From Desulfotomaculaceae bacterium (GTDB lineage Bacteria > Bacillota > Desulfotomaculia > Desulfotomaculales > Pelotomaculaceae), in assembly GCA_028702435.1 (NCBI GenBank), contig JAQVOX010000001.1, positions 1-59,856 of the forward strand: a DNA stretch of 59,856 nt, written 5' to 3'. The translations under genes were made by a program, and so were the position numbers. The notes beneath the pieces are model-generated. The model saw only the letters and a list, made by a program, of their open reading frames with translations. It ran no database searches and was not told where the DNA came from. Positions 36,183 to 46,671 of this stretch are shown piece after piece (position 1 is the stretch's first letter; each line of letters starts with the position of its first letter).

Positions 36183-36924
36183 GCTGATTGCCAGGGTGCT
36201 TGTCCTTCTTGTGTTTTTATTTGTCTTGGGAGGCTGCTCCGGCAGCAGGGACGAAGAGGCAGGTATAAATTTTGTAGAAACTGGCACTGCAGATCAGGTT
36301 CCGGTAGAGCAGCCGGTGCAGCAGCAATCTCTAGCGTCTGAAGAAAACGGGCAGACGGCAAAACAGCAGAATATGACATCAAGCCCATCTAATGATTTGC
36401 AAACTTCTGAACCAGAGCAGTTGCAAGACAGTTCCAAAGCAGCAGAAAGCGAAGCTAAGACGGAACCTTTTGCCGGCCCGGCTGTGGTAAAGGACTATTC
36501 CCTCAGCGTGGGCGGGTACTTTCCGCCTTTTAATCTAGCCGGCTTGGACGGGAAGCAATATCAATCGGTTAATGTATTCAGCGCCAATCAAGTGACCCTA
36601 GTTAATTTCTGGGCAACTTTTTGCGGGCCATGTATCCGGGAAATGCCCGCTTTGGAGCAGCTCAGGCAGAACTATCAGGGTCGTAGTCTGGGTCTGATTG
36701 GGATTGTGCTGGATTCCAAAAAGGCGGATACAGCAAGATCAATGGTTACCAGACTAGGCACAGGTTATCCTCATCTACTTGATGATGGCTGGTTCGGACC
36801 ATATATTTATGCGGTGCCACAAACATTCCTGGTCGACAATGAAGGGAAAATCTTGCAGGCTATGACCGGTGCAAAATCATTGCAACAATTCAGCGACACG
36901 GTTGACCCTTACCTCAGGCATTAA
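36175..36924 (+). CDS. TlpA/ResA-like thiol-disulfide oxidoreductase lipoprotein
   Basis: Lipobox LGGC, a long Q/S/E-rich linker, thioredoxin fold with WATFCGPC. GTG 36175 follows AAAGGAGGAG and overlaps the upstream stop by 8 nt. Confidence 0.88.
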   Translation: MFKLIARVLVLLVFLFVLGGCSGSRDEEAGINFVETGTADQVPVEQPVQQQSLASEENGQTAKQQNMTSSPSNDLQTSEPEQLQDSSKAAESEAKTEPFAGPAVVKDYSLSVGGYFPPFNLAGLDGKQYQSVNVFSANQVTLVNFWATFCGPCIREMPALEQLRQNYQGRSLGLIGIVLDSKKADTARSMVTRLGTGYPHLLDDGWFGPYIYAVPQTFLVDNEGKILQAMTGAKSLQQFSDTVDPYLRH

Positions 36925-37065
36925 ATTAACCGTTTTAGCAGGCTGGGGGAAATTTGCGCCTACAGTTAAAAAGCTAATAACTGACCATTAATAACCCGCT
37001 GTCTGGAGAATAATTACCTGTTTCTCAGGACAAATTATTTACAAACAGATGCGGGAGGTACAGTT

Positions 37066-37515
37066 ATGATGGAACATCACCCGATTGAAGGATTAATAAA
37101 AACAGCCATGGAAAGTATTAGAGAAATGGTGGATGTAAATACGGTAGTGGGCGATCCTGTGGAAACGCCTGATGGAACAGTAATAATTCCTGTTTCTCGT
37201 GTTGCTTGTGGTTTTGTGGCCGGGGGGGGCAAATTTGAGACTGAGCAGGAAGATAAGCAAGTTTCAGGGGAAACATCAATACCTGCTTTTGGCGGGGGCA
37301 GTGGTGCTGGAGTTTCGGTGAAGCCGATCGGCTTTTTAGTTGTCGGGAATGGGCAGGTGCGTTTTTTGCCTGTAGAAGGAAATATGGTGGTCGACCGGTT
37401 AATTGATTTGGCGCCGCAGCTCATTGCCCAATTGCAATCCATGTTCGGACAAGGCGAATGTAAACCGGAAAGTAAAGCTAATGGGCAGATGGCAACAACA
37501 CAGCCGGTATTATAA
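37066..37515 (+). CDS. ytfJ: sporulation protein YtfJ (GerW family)
   Basis: HPIEGLIKTAMESIREMVDVNTVVGDPVETPDGTVIIPVSRV, GGGSGAGVSVKPIGFLVV. Confidence 0.88.
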   Translation: MMEHHPIEGLIKTAMESIREMVDVNTVVGDPVETPDGTVIIPVSRVACGFVAGGGKFETEQEDKQVSGETSIPAFGGGSGAGVSVKPIGFLVVGNGQVRFLPVEGNMVVDRLIDLAPQLIAQLQSMFGQGECKPESKANGQMATTQPVL

Positions 37516-37678
37516 GCTCTCAGAAATTCTTTAAACACCTTATATTTCTTGGAAACTGGGGTTTCAGGGAGTAAAGATATTACAATGTAAAAAGAAATCT
37601 AACTGGTTAGTGCATTACCGGCTTAGAATATAAATAATAATTAAAACGCAATTTTTTATACATCTTAATAACAAATTT

Positions 37679-37712
37679 AAAAAGGATGCATCATTAATAA
37701 GGCATCCTTTTT
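37679..37712 (+). terminator. intrinsic terminator (symmetric A/T flanks)
   Basis: AAAAAGGATGC-loop-GCATCCTTTTT. Confidence 0.7.
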
Positions 37713-37914
37713 AAATTATCGCACTTGTATGGAGGGTGTTATTTACTTTTAATTAAGGAGAGGATAATTTATTTTTGGTCCCTAATCCTATTAATAATGC
37801 CAGGCAATTTGAAAATTTATTGATTATACTAATAAAATTTTACAAAAAAGCAGGAAGATGTTACTTTGACCCCGAAAAGAAGGTGGCAAAAGAAATACTG
37901 GAGGAGAAAATTTT

Positions 37915-39018
37915 TTGGAGGACAGAATATACTGGTTGGGGTGGCAATGTCTTTTGCCCGGTATAGGTAAACGGTTATGGACACTTGTTGAACATTTTGG
38001 GTCGCCCGAAGCGGCATGGGAAGCTTCTGCCAAAGAATTATCCGGTGCACCCGGTATTGGCGCAGAGGGCCCGGACGGATTGGTCCAGCGCAAGGCTAAT
38101 CTGGATCTCGAAGATTTGGTTGCAAAATTGGAAGCTTCGGGTATTTCTTTTTATTGTTATAGTGAACCTGGCTACCCTGAAAAATTACTTTCAATTTTTG
38201 ACCCGCCGCCGGTAATATTTGTTCGTGGCCAATTTAAAGCCGGCGATAGTCTGGCGGTGGCGATGGTAGGCTCGCGAAAGCCGTCACCTTATGGCCAAAT
38301 AGTAGCCGAAAGACTCGCTAAAGATCTGGCTGCTGTTGATGTGACTATCATCAGCGGCATGGCCAGGGGCATTGATACTGTAGTCCATAAAGGGGCCCTG
38401 GCGGCTAATGGCAGGACTGTGGCGGTCATGGGCAGCGGCTTGGATGTAGTCTATCCAAGGGAAAACAAAAGGTTAATGGAACAGATCATTGCCAATGGAT
38501 TGGTGATCAGTGAATTTCCTCCCGGCTCACCTCCGGAAGCGTGGCATTTTCCCGCCCGTAACCGGATTATCAGTGGGCTGGCGCTGGCAACAGTAGTTGT
38601 AGAAGCCGGTGAGCGAAGTGGCGCCTTGATTACGGCGGATTTTGCCCTGGAACAGGGGCGCGATGTAATGGCGGTACCGGGTAATATAGTAAATCCCTTG
38701 AGCCGGGGGCCACATCGCCTGATCAAACAAGGGGCGAGGCTAGTAGAAGGCGCCGGTGATATTTTGGACGAACTGGGATTAGAAAAACTCTTTCCAGCCA
38801 ATCAGGTGGGGGATGGTGGTTCGGTTAAAATGAGTGCTGATGAGGAAGCGCTTTACCGGTTACTGGCACTAGATCCGGTTTCTTTGGATGAGTTGATCGT
38901 CAAGTCCGGGCTTACGTCCCAAAAAGTGATGGCCGCCTTGATGTACTTGGAAATAAAGGGATTCGTCAGGCAAATGCCGGGCAAGTCTTACACTCGTACC
39001 GGCCGAAATTTATTCTAA
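37915..39018 (+). CDS. dprA: DNA-processing protein DprA (Smf)
   Basis: VGSRKPSPYG, ISGMARGIDTVVHKGAL, VMGSGLDVVYPREN, and a C-terminal winged-helix-like tail. Confidence 0.92.
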   Translation: MEDRIYWLGWQCLLPGIGKRLWTLVEHFGSPEAAWEASAKELSGAPGIGAEGPDGLVQRKANLDLEDLVAKLEASGISFYCYSEPGYPEKLLSIFDPPPVIFVRGQFKAGDSLAVAMVGSRKPSPYGQIVAERLAKDLAAVDVTIISGMARGIDTVVHKGALAANGRTVAVMGSGLDVVYPRENKRLMEQIIANGLVISEFPPGSPPEAWHFPARNRIISGLALATVVVEAGERSGALITADFALEQGRDVMAVPGNIVNPLSRGPHRLIKQGARLVEGAGDILDELGLEKLFPANQVGDGGSVKMSADEEALYRLLALDPVSLDELIVKSGLTSQKVMAALMYLEIKGFVRQMPGKSYTRTGRNLF

Positions 39019-39110
39019 ACAAAGGCTTAAGGGATAGATATAAGAATAATATGCTATAATATGTGGCAATAAAAGCCGGGAAGTACGGGAAGTAAATGAG
39101 GTGTTAGTAT

Positions 39111-41255
39111 TTGTCTAAGACTTTAGTAATAGTTGAATCTCCTGCTAAAGCAAAAACTATCAGTAAATTTCTAGGAAGGAAATATGTGGTTAAAGCTTCC
39201 CTGGGACATGTTCGTGATTTACCCAAAAGCCAGTTTGGGGTGGATGTGCAGAACGGGTTTAGCCCTAAATATATAACCATCCGCGGTAAAGGTGATACTA
39301 TTAAGGAATTAAGGATGGCCGGGAAGAAAGCGGAACAGGTTTTAATTGCCTCCGACCCGGACCGGGAGGGGGAGGCCATAGCTTGGCATCTCCAGAATAT
39401 TTTAGATATATCCAGTGAAAAGCCTTGCCGCATCGAATTTAATGAGATCACCAAGCAGGCTATTCAAGATGCGGTAAAAAACCCCAGAGTGATTGACGCC
39501 AACCGGGTTAATGCCCAGCAGGCGCGACGGATTCTGGACCGGTTGGTAGGTTATAACCTGAGTCCCTTGCTGTGGCGAAAAATAAAAAAAGGACTTAGCG
39601 CCGGCCGGGTGCAATCGGTAGCAGTCAGACTAATCTGTGACCGTGAAGAAGAGATCCAGTCTTTTAATCCTGAGGAATACTGGACGCTCACAGGTAGTTT
39701 TGTAAAAGATGGATGCGCTCCCTTCGAGGGGAAACTTTTTAAATATAAGGGCCGAAAAATCAATGTTAACAGTGCGGAAAAAATACAAGAATTATTAGAT
39801 GACCTCGAGGGCGCCAGTTACTCAGTGTCTAAAGTTGTTCGCAGGGAAAAAAGCCGCAAGTCGGCGCTGCCTTTTATTACCAGTACTCTGCAGCAGGAGG
39901 CCTCCCGGAAGCTAAATTTCACTACCAGAAAAACCATGCTGATTGCCCAGCAGCTTTATGAGGGGCTTGACCTGGGCAAGGAGGGAACTACCGGCCTGGT
40001 GACTTATATCCGTACCGATTCCACCAGGGTCTCTGAAACAGCTCGTGATGAGGCAAAAAATTATATTCGGGAGCGGTTAGGTGACCAGTACGTGGGCAGA
40101 GTAACCGCTAGGCCGGGCGGGAAGGGTAAAGTCCAAGACGCCCATGAGGCTATCCGCCCCACTTCGATCAACCGTGAACCGAACTTAGTTAAAGATTTTC
40201 TTACTAACGATCAGTTTAAATTATATAAGTTGATTTGGTCCCGTTTTCTAGCCAGCATGATGAGTCCGGCTATTTTTGATACCACCAGTGTTGATATCAG
40301 CGCCAGGGATTACCTGTTCCGGGCCACCGGCTCGGTGATTAAATTTCCTGGTTTTATGAAAGTATACACCGAGGGCAGGGATGATGAGGAAAAAGATGAA
40401 GAAAAACAGATCCCGGAATTAAACGAAGGGGATAGTTTAATAGCACGCTCTCTAACTCCGAAACAGCACTTTACCCAACCGCCGCCTCGTTACACAGAAG
40501 CGACCCTGGTTAAAATTTTAGAAGAAAAGGGAATCGGCAGGCCCAGTACGTATGCACCAATTGTGGGGACCATTATTAAAAGGGGTTACGTGGTCAGGGA
40601 CAAGAAACAACTTTATCCCACAGAACTCGGTACAATGGTGGTTGATTTGTTAAAAAAACATTTTCAAGATATCATTGGGGTCGAGTTTACTGCAGGTATG
40701 GAAGAAAAATTGGACAGCGTGGAAGAAGGTGTGCTGGACTGGGTACAGGTTCTTGATCGATTTTATACCCCTTTTAGCCGGACCTTGCTCAAGGCGGAAG
40801 AGGAAATCGGACATGTCCAGCCTGCTGATGAAGTCACTGAAGAGATCTGTGAGCAATGCGGCCGCAACATGGTGATCAAAATGGGCCGTTATGGCAAATT
40901 TCTGGCCTGCCCGGGTTTTCCGGAATGCCGCAGTACCAAGCCGCTCTTAGAGCCTACCGGGGTTAACTGCCCCCGCTGTACGGGAGAGTTGGTCGCCCGC
41001 CGCAGCAAGAAGGGGAGAAAGTTTTTCGGCTGCAGCTGCTACCCGGAATGTGATTTTGTCACCTGGGATCAACCTTCTCAAACAAAGTGCCCTGAGTGTG
41101 GGGGCTTAATGTTGGAAAAAAGGTCCGGAAAGAAAATCATCCTTAGCTGTATTAACGAAAAATGCAGCCGGAGTCGTGTCCCGGCGGAAAATCAAGCACG
41201 CCGGAAACGTACCATTGCCGAAAAAAGGACAGCGGTAGGGAAAACATCGACGTAA
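39111..41255 (+). CDS. topA: DNA topoisomerase I
   Basis: TOPRIM LVIVESPAKAKTI, DPDREGEAI, active-site YIRTDS, and three C-terminal CxxC...CxxC zinc ribbons. Confidence 0.97.
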   Translation: MSKTLVIVESPAKAKTISKFLGRKYVVKASLGHVRDLPKSQFGVDVQNGFSPKYITIRGKGDTIKELRMAGKKAEQVLIASDPDREGEAIAWHLQNILDISSEKPCRIEFNEITKQAIQDAVKNPRVIDANRVNAQQARRILDRLVGYNLSPLLWRKIKKGLSAGRVQSVAVRLICDREEEIQSFNPEEYWTLTGSFVKDGCAPFEGKLFKYKGRKINVNSAEKIQELLDDLEGASYSVSKVVRREKSRKSALPFITSTLQQEASRKLNFTTRKTMLIAQQLYEGLDLGKEGTTGLVTYIRTDSTRVSETARDEAKNYIRERLGDQYVGRVTARPGGKGKVQDAHEAIRPTSINREPNLVKDFLTNDQFKLYKLIWSRFLASMMSPAIFDTTSVDISARDYLFRATGSVIKFPGFMKVYTEGRDDEEKDEEKQIPELNEGDSLIARSLTPKQHFTQPPPRYTEATLVKILEEKGIGRPSTYAPIVGTIIKRGYVVRDKKQLYPTELGTMVVDLLKKHFQDIIGVEFTAGMEEKLDSVEEGVLDWVQVLDRFYTPFSRTLLKAEEEIGHVQPADEVTEEICEQCGRNMVIKMGRYGKFLACPGFPECRSTKPLLEPTGVNCPRCTGELVARRSKKGRKFFGCSCYPECDFVTWDQPSQTKCPECGGLMLEKRSGKKIILSCINEKCSRSRVPAENQARRKRTIAEKRTAVGKTST

Positions 41256-41278
41256 TAAAACTATAGGTGATGATAATA

Positions 41279-42622
41279 ATGGCTGAGCGGGAAGTTGTTA
41301 AAGTAATCGGGGCAGGTTTGGCCGGCGTTGAGGCGGCCTGGCAATTGGCGAACCGGGGCATTATGGTTAATCTATATGAAATGAGGCCTGATCGTAAATC
41401 GCCTGCCCACCATACCGGTGATTTTGCGGAATTGGTTTGTAGCAACTCTTTGCGCGCTAACGCTCTAGAAAATGCCGCCGGTCTTTTAAAAGAAGAAATG
41501 CGCTTGTTAAACTCATTAATTATGGCTTGTGCTGAGAAAACAAGAATACCGGCCGGTGGCGCCCTTGCTGTTGATCGCAATACTTTTGCCCGCCTGGTCA
41601 CTGAGAAATTAGTAGCACACCCACTGGTAAAAGTTTTCCGCCAGGAGGTTATGCGCATACCTCAGGATGGAGTGGTGATCCTGGCCACCGGGCCGCTTAC
41701 TTCTGAGTCCATGGCTGAAAGTATTAAAGAGTTTACCGGAGAAAGCCATTTATATTTTTACGATGCCGTGGCCCCCATTGTGACCTATGAGTCAATAAAG
41801 ATGAATAAAATATTTCGTTCTTCCCGTTATGGAAAAGGTGCGGCTGACTATTTAAACTGTCCGATGGACCAGGATGAGTATCAAATTTTTTGGCAGGCCT
41901 TGGTACAAGCAGAGACTGCCCCGCGTCATGAGTTTGAGCAGGAAACCTTCTTTGAGGGGTGCATGCCTGTAGAAGTACTGGCAAGGCGGGGTAAGGAGAC
42001 CCTGCTCTTCGGACCGCTTAAACCAGTCGGACTGACCGACCCCAAAACTGGCCGGAGACCATACGCGGTAGTGCAGTTGAGACAGGACAATGCCGAAGGG
42101 ACAATGTTCAATCTAGTCGGGTTTCAGACAAATCTGAAGTGGGATGAACAGCGCCGGGTGATTAAGCTTATTCCCGGCCTTGAAGAGGCAGAGTTTGCCC
42201 GGTTTGGGGTTATGCACCGGAATACTTACATAAACGCCCCGGTATTATTGAATTCCTACTTTCAGAGCAAAAAACGGCCATCGTTATTTTTTGCCGGTCA
42301 AGTAACCGGGGTTGAAGGATATGTCGAATCTGCTGCTTCCGGCTTGATGGCTGGTATTAACGCTGCTTTGCTGGTTGCCGGCAGGGAGTTGGTCCAATTT
42401 CCGCGCGACAGCGCGCACGGTGCGCTGTCGCATTATATTACCACTGCCGACCCGTCACATTTTCAGCCGATGAATATAAACTTTGGACTTTTCCCCCCGC
42501 TGGCAGGCAAAATCAGGGATAAAAAAGAACGGTACAGAATGCTTGCCGAAAGGGCGCTCGATTCGATTAGAAAGTTTGATGAAATAATTAAGATAAAGGA
42601 TCATACATGTTCAGCTATATAG
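41279..42622 (+). CDS. trmFO: methylenetetrahydrofolate--tRNA-(uracil-5-)-methyltransferase TrmFO
   Basis: [19 protein letters not shown] motif, [28 protein letters not shown] moved the start to ATG 41279. Confidence 0.95.
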   Translation: MAEREVVKVIGAGLAGVEAAWQLANRGIMVNLYEMRPDRKSPAHHTGDFAELVCSNSLRANALENAAGLLKEEMRLLNSLIMACAEKTRIPAGGALAVDRNTFARLVTEKLVAHPLVKVFRQEVMRIPQDGVVILATGPLTSESMAESIKEFTGESHLYFYDAVAPIVTYESIKMNKIFRSSRYGKGAADYLNCPMDQDEYQIFWQALVQAETAPRHEFEQETFFEGCMPVEVLARRGKETLLFGPLKPVGLTDPKTGRRPYAVVQLRQDNAEGTMFNLVGFQTNLKWDEQRRVIKLIPGLEEAEFARFGVMHRNTYINAPVLLNSYFQSKKRPSLFFAGQVTGVEGYVESAASGLMAGINAALLVAGRELVQFPRDSAHGALSHYITTADPSHFQPMNINFGLFPPLAGKIRDKKERYRMLAERALDSIRKFDEIIKIKDHTCSAI

Positions 42623-43584
42623 ATAGTTTTCTTATTTATTTGAAAACAGAAAAAAATGCTTCCCCCATGACCATCGAAAGCTACCAGAAAGACTTATTTC
42701 TTGGTCTGGATTTTTTTGCCGGCCAATTTAAAAAAGCTGATCATATGCTTCATCCAGCTGAGCTGGACCACCGGGTTTTTCGGAGCTATCTGGCCTTTTC
42801 GCAGCAAAAAGGCCATTCCCGGGCTACTATGGCCAGACGGCTGGCAGCATGGCGGTCATTTTACCGCTACCTCGTAAGGGAGGAAATAGTAACGGAAAAC
42901 CCCGTGTCAAGGCTCTCTAATCCCAGGCTGGAAAAGCGGCTGCCTGGATTTTTATATGAAGGTGAAGCGAAGCTGCTGGTGGAAGCGCCTGATTTAAAAA
43001 GCCCTCTGGGGATCAGGGACCGGGCGCTCCTGGAAACTTTATATGCCGGCGGGTTACGGATAAATGAGCTGGTGTCATTGAATCTGAGTGACTTTGACCT
43101 GAATGAGGGATATGTCCGGGTGATGGGTAAAAGAGCCCGAGAAAGATTGATTCCCCTAGGACGGCAGGCGGTAAAAGCTTTAGTCAGCTATTTGCATGAC
43201 TCCCGCCCGCTGTTGTTGATAAGAGCGGTTGCAAATAAACCTAACATTGCTGCTAATATGGAAAATAAGCCTGTTACTAAACGGCAGTCTTCAAATTTTG
43301 AACATGCGGTTTTCCTGAATCGATGGGGAGTAAGGTTGTCGGGGAGGGGTATCCGTAAAATGGTGGATAAATATGTAAAGAAGGTGAGTATCGATAGGAA
43401 TGTCAGTCCGCATATGTTCCGTCATTCCTTTGCCACCCATCTTATAAACGCCGGCGCCGACCTGCGTTCTGTTCAGGAACTATTGGGCCATGCCAGCCTT
43501 TCCAGCACTCAGATATATACGCATATAACCAGTGAGAGACTAAAGCAAGTGTACCGGAAATCACATCCGCGGGCGGAAGAATAA
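42607..43584 (+). CDS. xerC: tyrosine recombinase XerC (CodV-type)
   Basis: [43 protein letters not shown], and its position ahead of hslVU-codY. Confidence 0.92.
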   Translation: MFSYIDSFLIYLKTEKNASPMTIESYQKDLFLGLDFFAGQFKKADHMLHPAELDHRVFRSYLAFSQQKGHSRATMARRLAAWRSFYRYLVREEIVTENPVSRLSNPRLEKRLPGFLYEGEAKLLVEAPDLKSPLGIRDRALLETLYAGGLRINELVSLNLSDFDLNEGYVRVMGKRARERLIPLGRQAVKALVSYLHDSRPLLLIRAVANKPNIAANMENKPVTKRQSSNFEHAVFLNRWGVRLSGRGIRKMVDKYVKKVSIDRNVSPHMFRHSFATHLINAGADLRSVQELLGHASLSSTQIYTHITSERLKQVYRKSHPRAEE

Positions 43585-43653
43585 TTACATAAACTGATAT
43601 CATTTGCGTTATGCCGGCATAGATCTATATGAAATTATTTGGGGGGAGCAGCT

Positions 43654-44184
43654 ATGTTTCATGCTACTACTATCGTTGCGGTAAAAAAAGAAGGGAAAAT
43701 AGCTATTGCCGGAGATGGCCAGGTGACCTTCGGGCAGAACACCATCATTAAAAAAGGCGCCAGGAAAATCAGAAGGCTTTATAAAGAGCAGGTTGTCGCC
43801 GGTTTTGCTGGTTCAGTGGCCGACGCTTTTACTTTATTCGAAAAGTTTGAAGGAAGGTTGGAGGAATATCACGGCAATTTACAGAGGGCTGCTGTTGAGC
43901 TGGCGAAGGAATGGCGTACTGATAAGATTTTGCGCCAACTCGAGGCCATGTTAATAGTGGCTGGTAAAGAAGACCTGCTGCTCATCTCCGGCAGCGGTGA
44001 GGTAATCGAGCCCGACGACGGTGTGGCCGCTATTGGCTCCGGAGGTCCCTATGCCCTGGCAGCGGCACGTGCTCTAATCAGGCACACCCAAATGAGCGCA
44101 TACGACATCGCCCATGAGTCACTGGCCATCACCGCGGATATTTGCGTATACACTAATGATCATATTACGGTTGAAGAGGTATAA
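43654..44184 (+). CDS. hslV: ATP-dependent protease subunit HslV
   Basis: [11 protein letters not shown]-terminus, [28 protein letters not shown] moved the start to ATG 43654. Confidence 0.95.
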   Translation: MFHATTIVAVKKEGKIAIAGDGQVTFGQNTIIKKGARKIRRLYKEQVVAGFAGSVADAFTLFEKFEGRLEEYHGNLQRAAVELAKEWRTDKILRQLEAMLIVAGKEDLLLISGSGEVIEPDDGVAAIGSGGPYALAAARALIRHTQMSAYDIAHESLAITADICVYTNDHITVEEV

Positions 44185-44224
44185 CGTTAATAAAACTCCC
44201 GTAGTACTAAAAAATATAAAAATT

Positions 44225-44259
44225 CCGACGTCCGACGTCTGATGACCGACGACCGAACT
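44225..44259 (+). repeat. five tandem degenerate heptamers in the hslV-hslU spacer
   Basis: CCGACGT CCGACGT CTGATGA CCGACGA CCGAACT. Confidence 0.8.
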
Positions 44260-44274
44260 TGGAGGGTCTGAATT

Positions 44275-45669
44275 GTGGAGGAATTAACCCCACGCCGTAT
44301 TGTTGAAGAGCTCGATAAATATATTGTGGGTCAGAGTAAGGCTAAAAGAGCAGTAGCAGTCGCTTTGCGCAACCGCTACCGTCGCAAGAGACTGCCAGAG
44401 GAATTGATTGATGAAGTTATACCGAAAAACATCTTGATGATCGGGCCGACCGGTGTCGGCAAGACCGAAATTGCCCGCCGCCTGGCTAAACTGGTCAAAG
44501 CCCCCTTTGTTAAAGTAGAAGCCACGAAGTTTACCGAGGTGGGCTATGTCGGTAGAGATGTGGAAGGGATGATTCGGGACCTGGTGGAAACAGCGATCCG
44601 GATGGTCAAAGAGGAGAAGATGACTGAAGTCGAAAGCAAGGCCCAGAGGATCGCCGAAGAAAGAATAATTGAGTTGCTGGCGCCATACCCGGTGCAGGAA
44701 ACATCACCGCGCAACCCATTGGAAATGATCTTTGGCGGCGCCAAGCCACCGGAACCAGTCGACCAGAGCCATGAGCAAAAAACAAAGCGCATTGATTTTG
44801 AAAGGGAAATGCTCAAGGAAAAGCTTTCAAAAGGGCATCTGGAGAATGAAATTGTGGAGATAGAGGTAGAAGACAACAAGCCGCCGATGCTGGAGGTTTT
44901 TACCGGTTCGGGTATGGAAGAAATGGGAGTTAATCTCCAGGATATGCTTGGCGGCTTTCTACCGAAGAAAAAGCGCAGCCGTAAAGTGACCGTGCAGGAA
45001 GCCAGGAAAATCCTTATTCTGCAAGAAGCGCAAAAATTGATTGATATAGATGAAGTTACTTCTAAGGCGATTGAACGAGTAGAGGATGACGGGATTGTCT
45101 TTCTGGATGAGATCGATAAAATAGCCGGCCAGGAGGGGTATGGCCCTGACGTTTCTAGGGGCGGGGTACAGCGGGATATTCTGCCTATAGTGGAAGGGTC
45201 TACTGTGGTGACAAAATATGGTCCGGTTAAAACTGATCATATTTTATTTATAGCTGCCGGAGCTTTCCACATTACTAAGCCTTCCGACCTGATTCCGGAA
45301 CTCCAGGGCCGTTTTCCGATCCGTGTTGAACTGGAAAGCCTAACCTGTGCGGATTTTTTGCAAATTTTGACCGAGCCGAGAAACGCGTTAATTAAGCAGT
45401 ATATTGAGCTTTTAGCGACAGAAGGAGTGTCTGTTAAGTTTTCAAGCAATTCGCTTGAAGAAATTGCGAAAATAGCGTATACTGTGAATGAGCAGACTGA
45501 GAATATTGGTGCTCGGCGATTGCACACGATTCTGGAAAAGTTAATGGAAGATTTATCTTTTGATGCTCCTGAAATTAGTGGTAAGATAGTTGAGATAAAT
45601 CGCGATAATGTTATTGAAAAATTAGAGGAAGTAGTTAGAAACGAGGATTTGAGTCGCTATATTTTGTAA
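44275..45669 (+). CDS. hslU: ATP-dependent protease ATPase subunit HslU
   Basis: [46 protein letters not shown]. Confidence 0.96.
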   Translation: MEELTPRRIVEELDKYIVGQSKAKRAVAVALRNRYRRKRLPEELIDEVIPKNILMIGPTGVGKTEIARRLAKLVKAPFVKVEATKFTEVGYVGRDVEGMIRDLVETAIRMVKEEKMTEVESKAQRIAEERIIELLAPYPVQETSPRNPLEMIFGGAKPPEPVDQSHEQKTKRIDFEREMLKEKLSKGHLENEIVEIEVEDNKPPMLEVFTGSGMEEMGVNLQDMLGGFLPKKKRSRKVTVQEARKILILQEAQKLIDIDEVTSKAIERVEDDGIVFLDEIDKIAGQEGYGPDVSRGGVQRDILPIVEGSTVVTKYGPVKTDHILFIAAGAFHITKPSDLIPELQGRFPIRVELESLTCADFLQILTEPRNALIKQYIELLATEGVSVKFSSNSLEEIAKIAYTVNEQTENIGARRLHTILEKLMEDLSFDAPEISGKIVEINRDNVIEKLEEVVRNEDLSRYIL

Positions 45670-45687
45670 GGGGGAAGTAACTACGGG

Positions 45688-46497
45688 ATGCAGGAACTAT
45701 TGGAAAAAACACGTGATATGAATAAGTTGATATTAGATTCATTGGTTAGCGCTGTGGATTTTAATTGTGTGGCCAAGGTCCTTAGCAAAAATATTAAAGC
45801 AAGTGTATATATTATTAACGCACAGGGAAAAATACTGGGATACGCCTACCTTGAGGGGTGGGTCTGTGACTTTATGAGAGAAATTGTTGAAGGTAATGGC
45901 GAATTCCCTGCGGAATATAACGAGAGCTTAATGAAAATTAACGATACTACTGCTAACTTCGGCACCCAGATCGGCGATTCTTGTCTTTTCGGGATGGAGT
46001 CTTGTGATTTCAAAGATAAACGAACCGCATTGATCCCTATTAGCGGGCCTGGTTCCCGTGTCGGCACCTTGATCATGGCCAGGTTTGGTAAGCGTTTTAA
46101 TGATGAGGATCTTCTATTGGGAGAATACGGCGCAACTTTAGTAGCCCTGGCGATAATCAGGACTAAGTCCAGGAAGGCGGAGGAGGAAGCCCGTAAGCGG
46201 GCAACCGTTCAAGTAGCGCTTGATACTTTGTCATTTTCCGAATTGGATGCCATTCGACATATTTTTGAGGAGCTCGGAGGCGATGAAGGTCTTCTAGTAG
46301 CGAGTAAAATTGCTGACCGGGTAGGGATTACCAGGTCAGTTATTGTAAATGCCTTACGTAAGTTTGAAAGCGCGGGAGTAATTGAATCTAAATCTCTAGG
46401 GATGAAAGGTACTTACATCCACGTGCTTAATGATTACCTGTTTGATGAATTGGACAAACTCGTCAAGTGTAAAAAAATGCCAATCATGAAAGCATAA
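45688..46497 (+). CDS. codY: GTP-sensing pleiotropic transcriptional regulator CodY
   Basis: MQELLEKTR, GAF-like N-terminal domain, C-terminal HTH ASKIADRVGITRSVIVNALRKFESAGVIESKSLGMKGTYI. Confidence 0.95.
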   Translation: MQELLEKTRDMNKLILDSLVSAVDFNCVAKVLSKNIKASVYIINAQGKILGYAYLEGWVCDFMREIVEGNGEFPAEYNESLMKINDTTANFGTQIGDSCLFGMESCDFKDKRTALIPISGPGSRVGTLIMARFGKRFNDEDLLLGEYGATLVALAIIRTKSRKAEEEARKRATVQVALDTLSFSELDAIRHIFEELGGDEGLLVASKIADRVGITRSVIVNALRKFESAGVIESKSLGMKGTYIHVLNDYLFDELDKLVKCKKMPIMKA

Positions 46498-46517
46498 TTC
46501 TAGTAAATATGTGTACA

Positions 46518-46546
46518 GCCTCGGCTTGCGCCGGGGCCTTATTTAT
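46518..46546 (+). terminator. intrinsic terminator after codY
   Basis: GCCTCGGC-ttgc-GCCGGGGC followed by CTTATTTAT. Confidence 0.7.
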
Positions 46547-46671
46547 GGTAAAATGCCGGATAGCGTGAATTACACACGTTGCTTGATTTTGGCAAGGGTG
46601 CCCTACTTTACGGGTCTTGCAGGGGATGAAGGCAACGGAGGGCCAAAACCACAGTGGGAGGAGGTGTATTT

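Noticed and set aside
37775-37966. 63-aa ORF upstream of and overlapping the dprA start.
   Set aside because: It has no recognisable family, it overlaps the better-supported dprA start (RBS GGAGGAG), and its composition is typical of an AT-rich spacer. I kept it out of the feature list.
42607-43584. Tyrosine recombinase as a marker of an integrated mobile element.
   Set aside because: It is the first gene of the conserved xerC(codV)-hslV-hslU-codY operon and directly follows trmFO. No att-like repeats or phage/IS genes flank it.
46547-46671. Possible structured rpsB leader (S2 autoregulatory element).
   Set aside because: I found only short 4-bp pairings. I cannot support a conserved fold without a covariance model.
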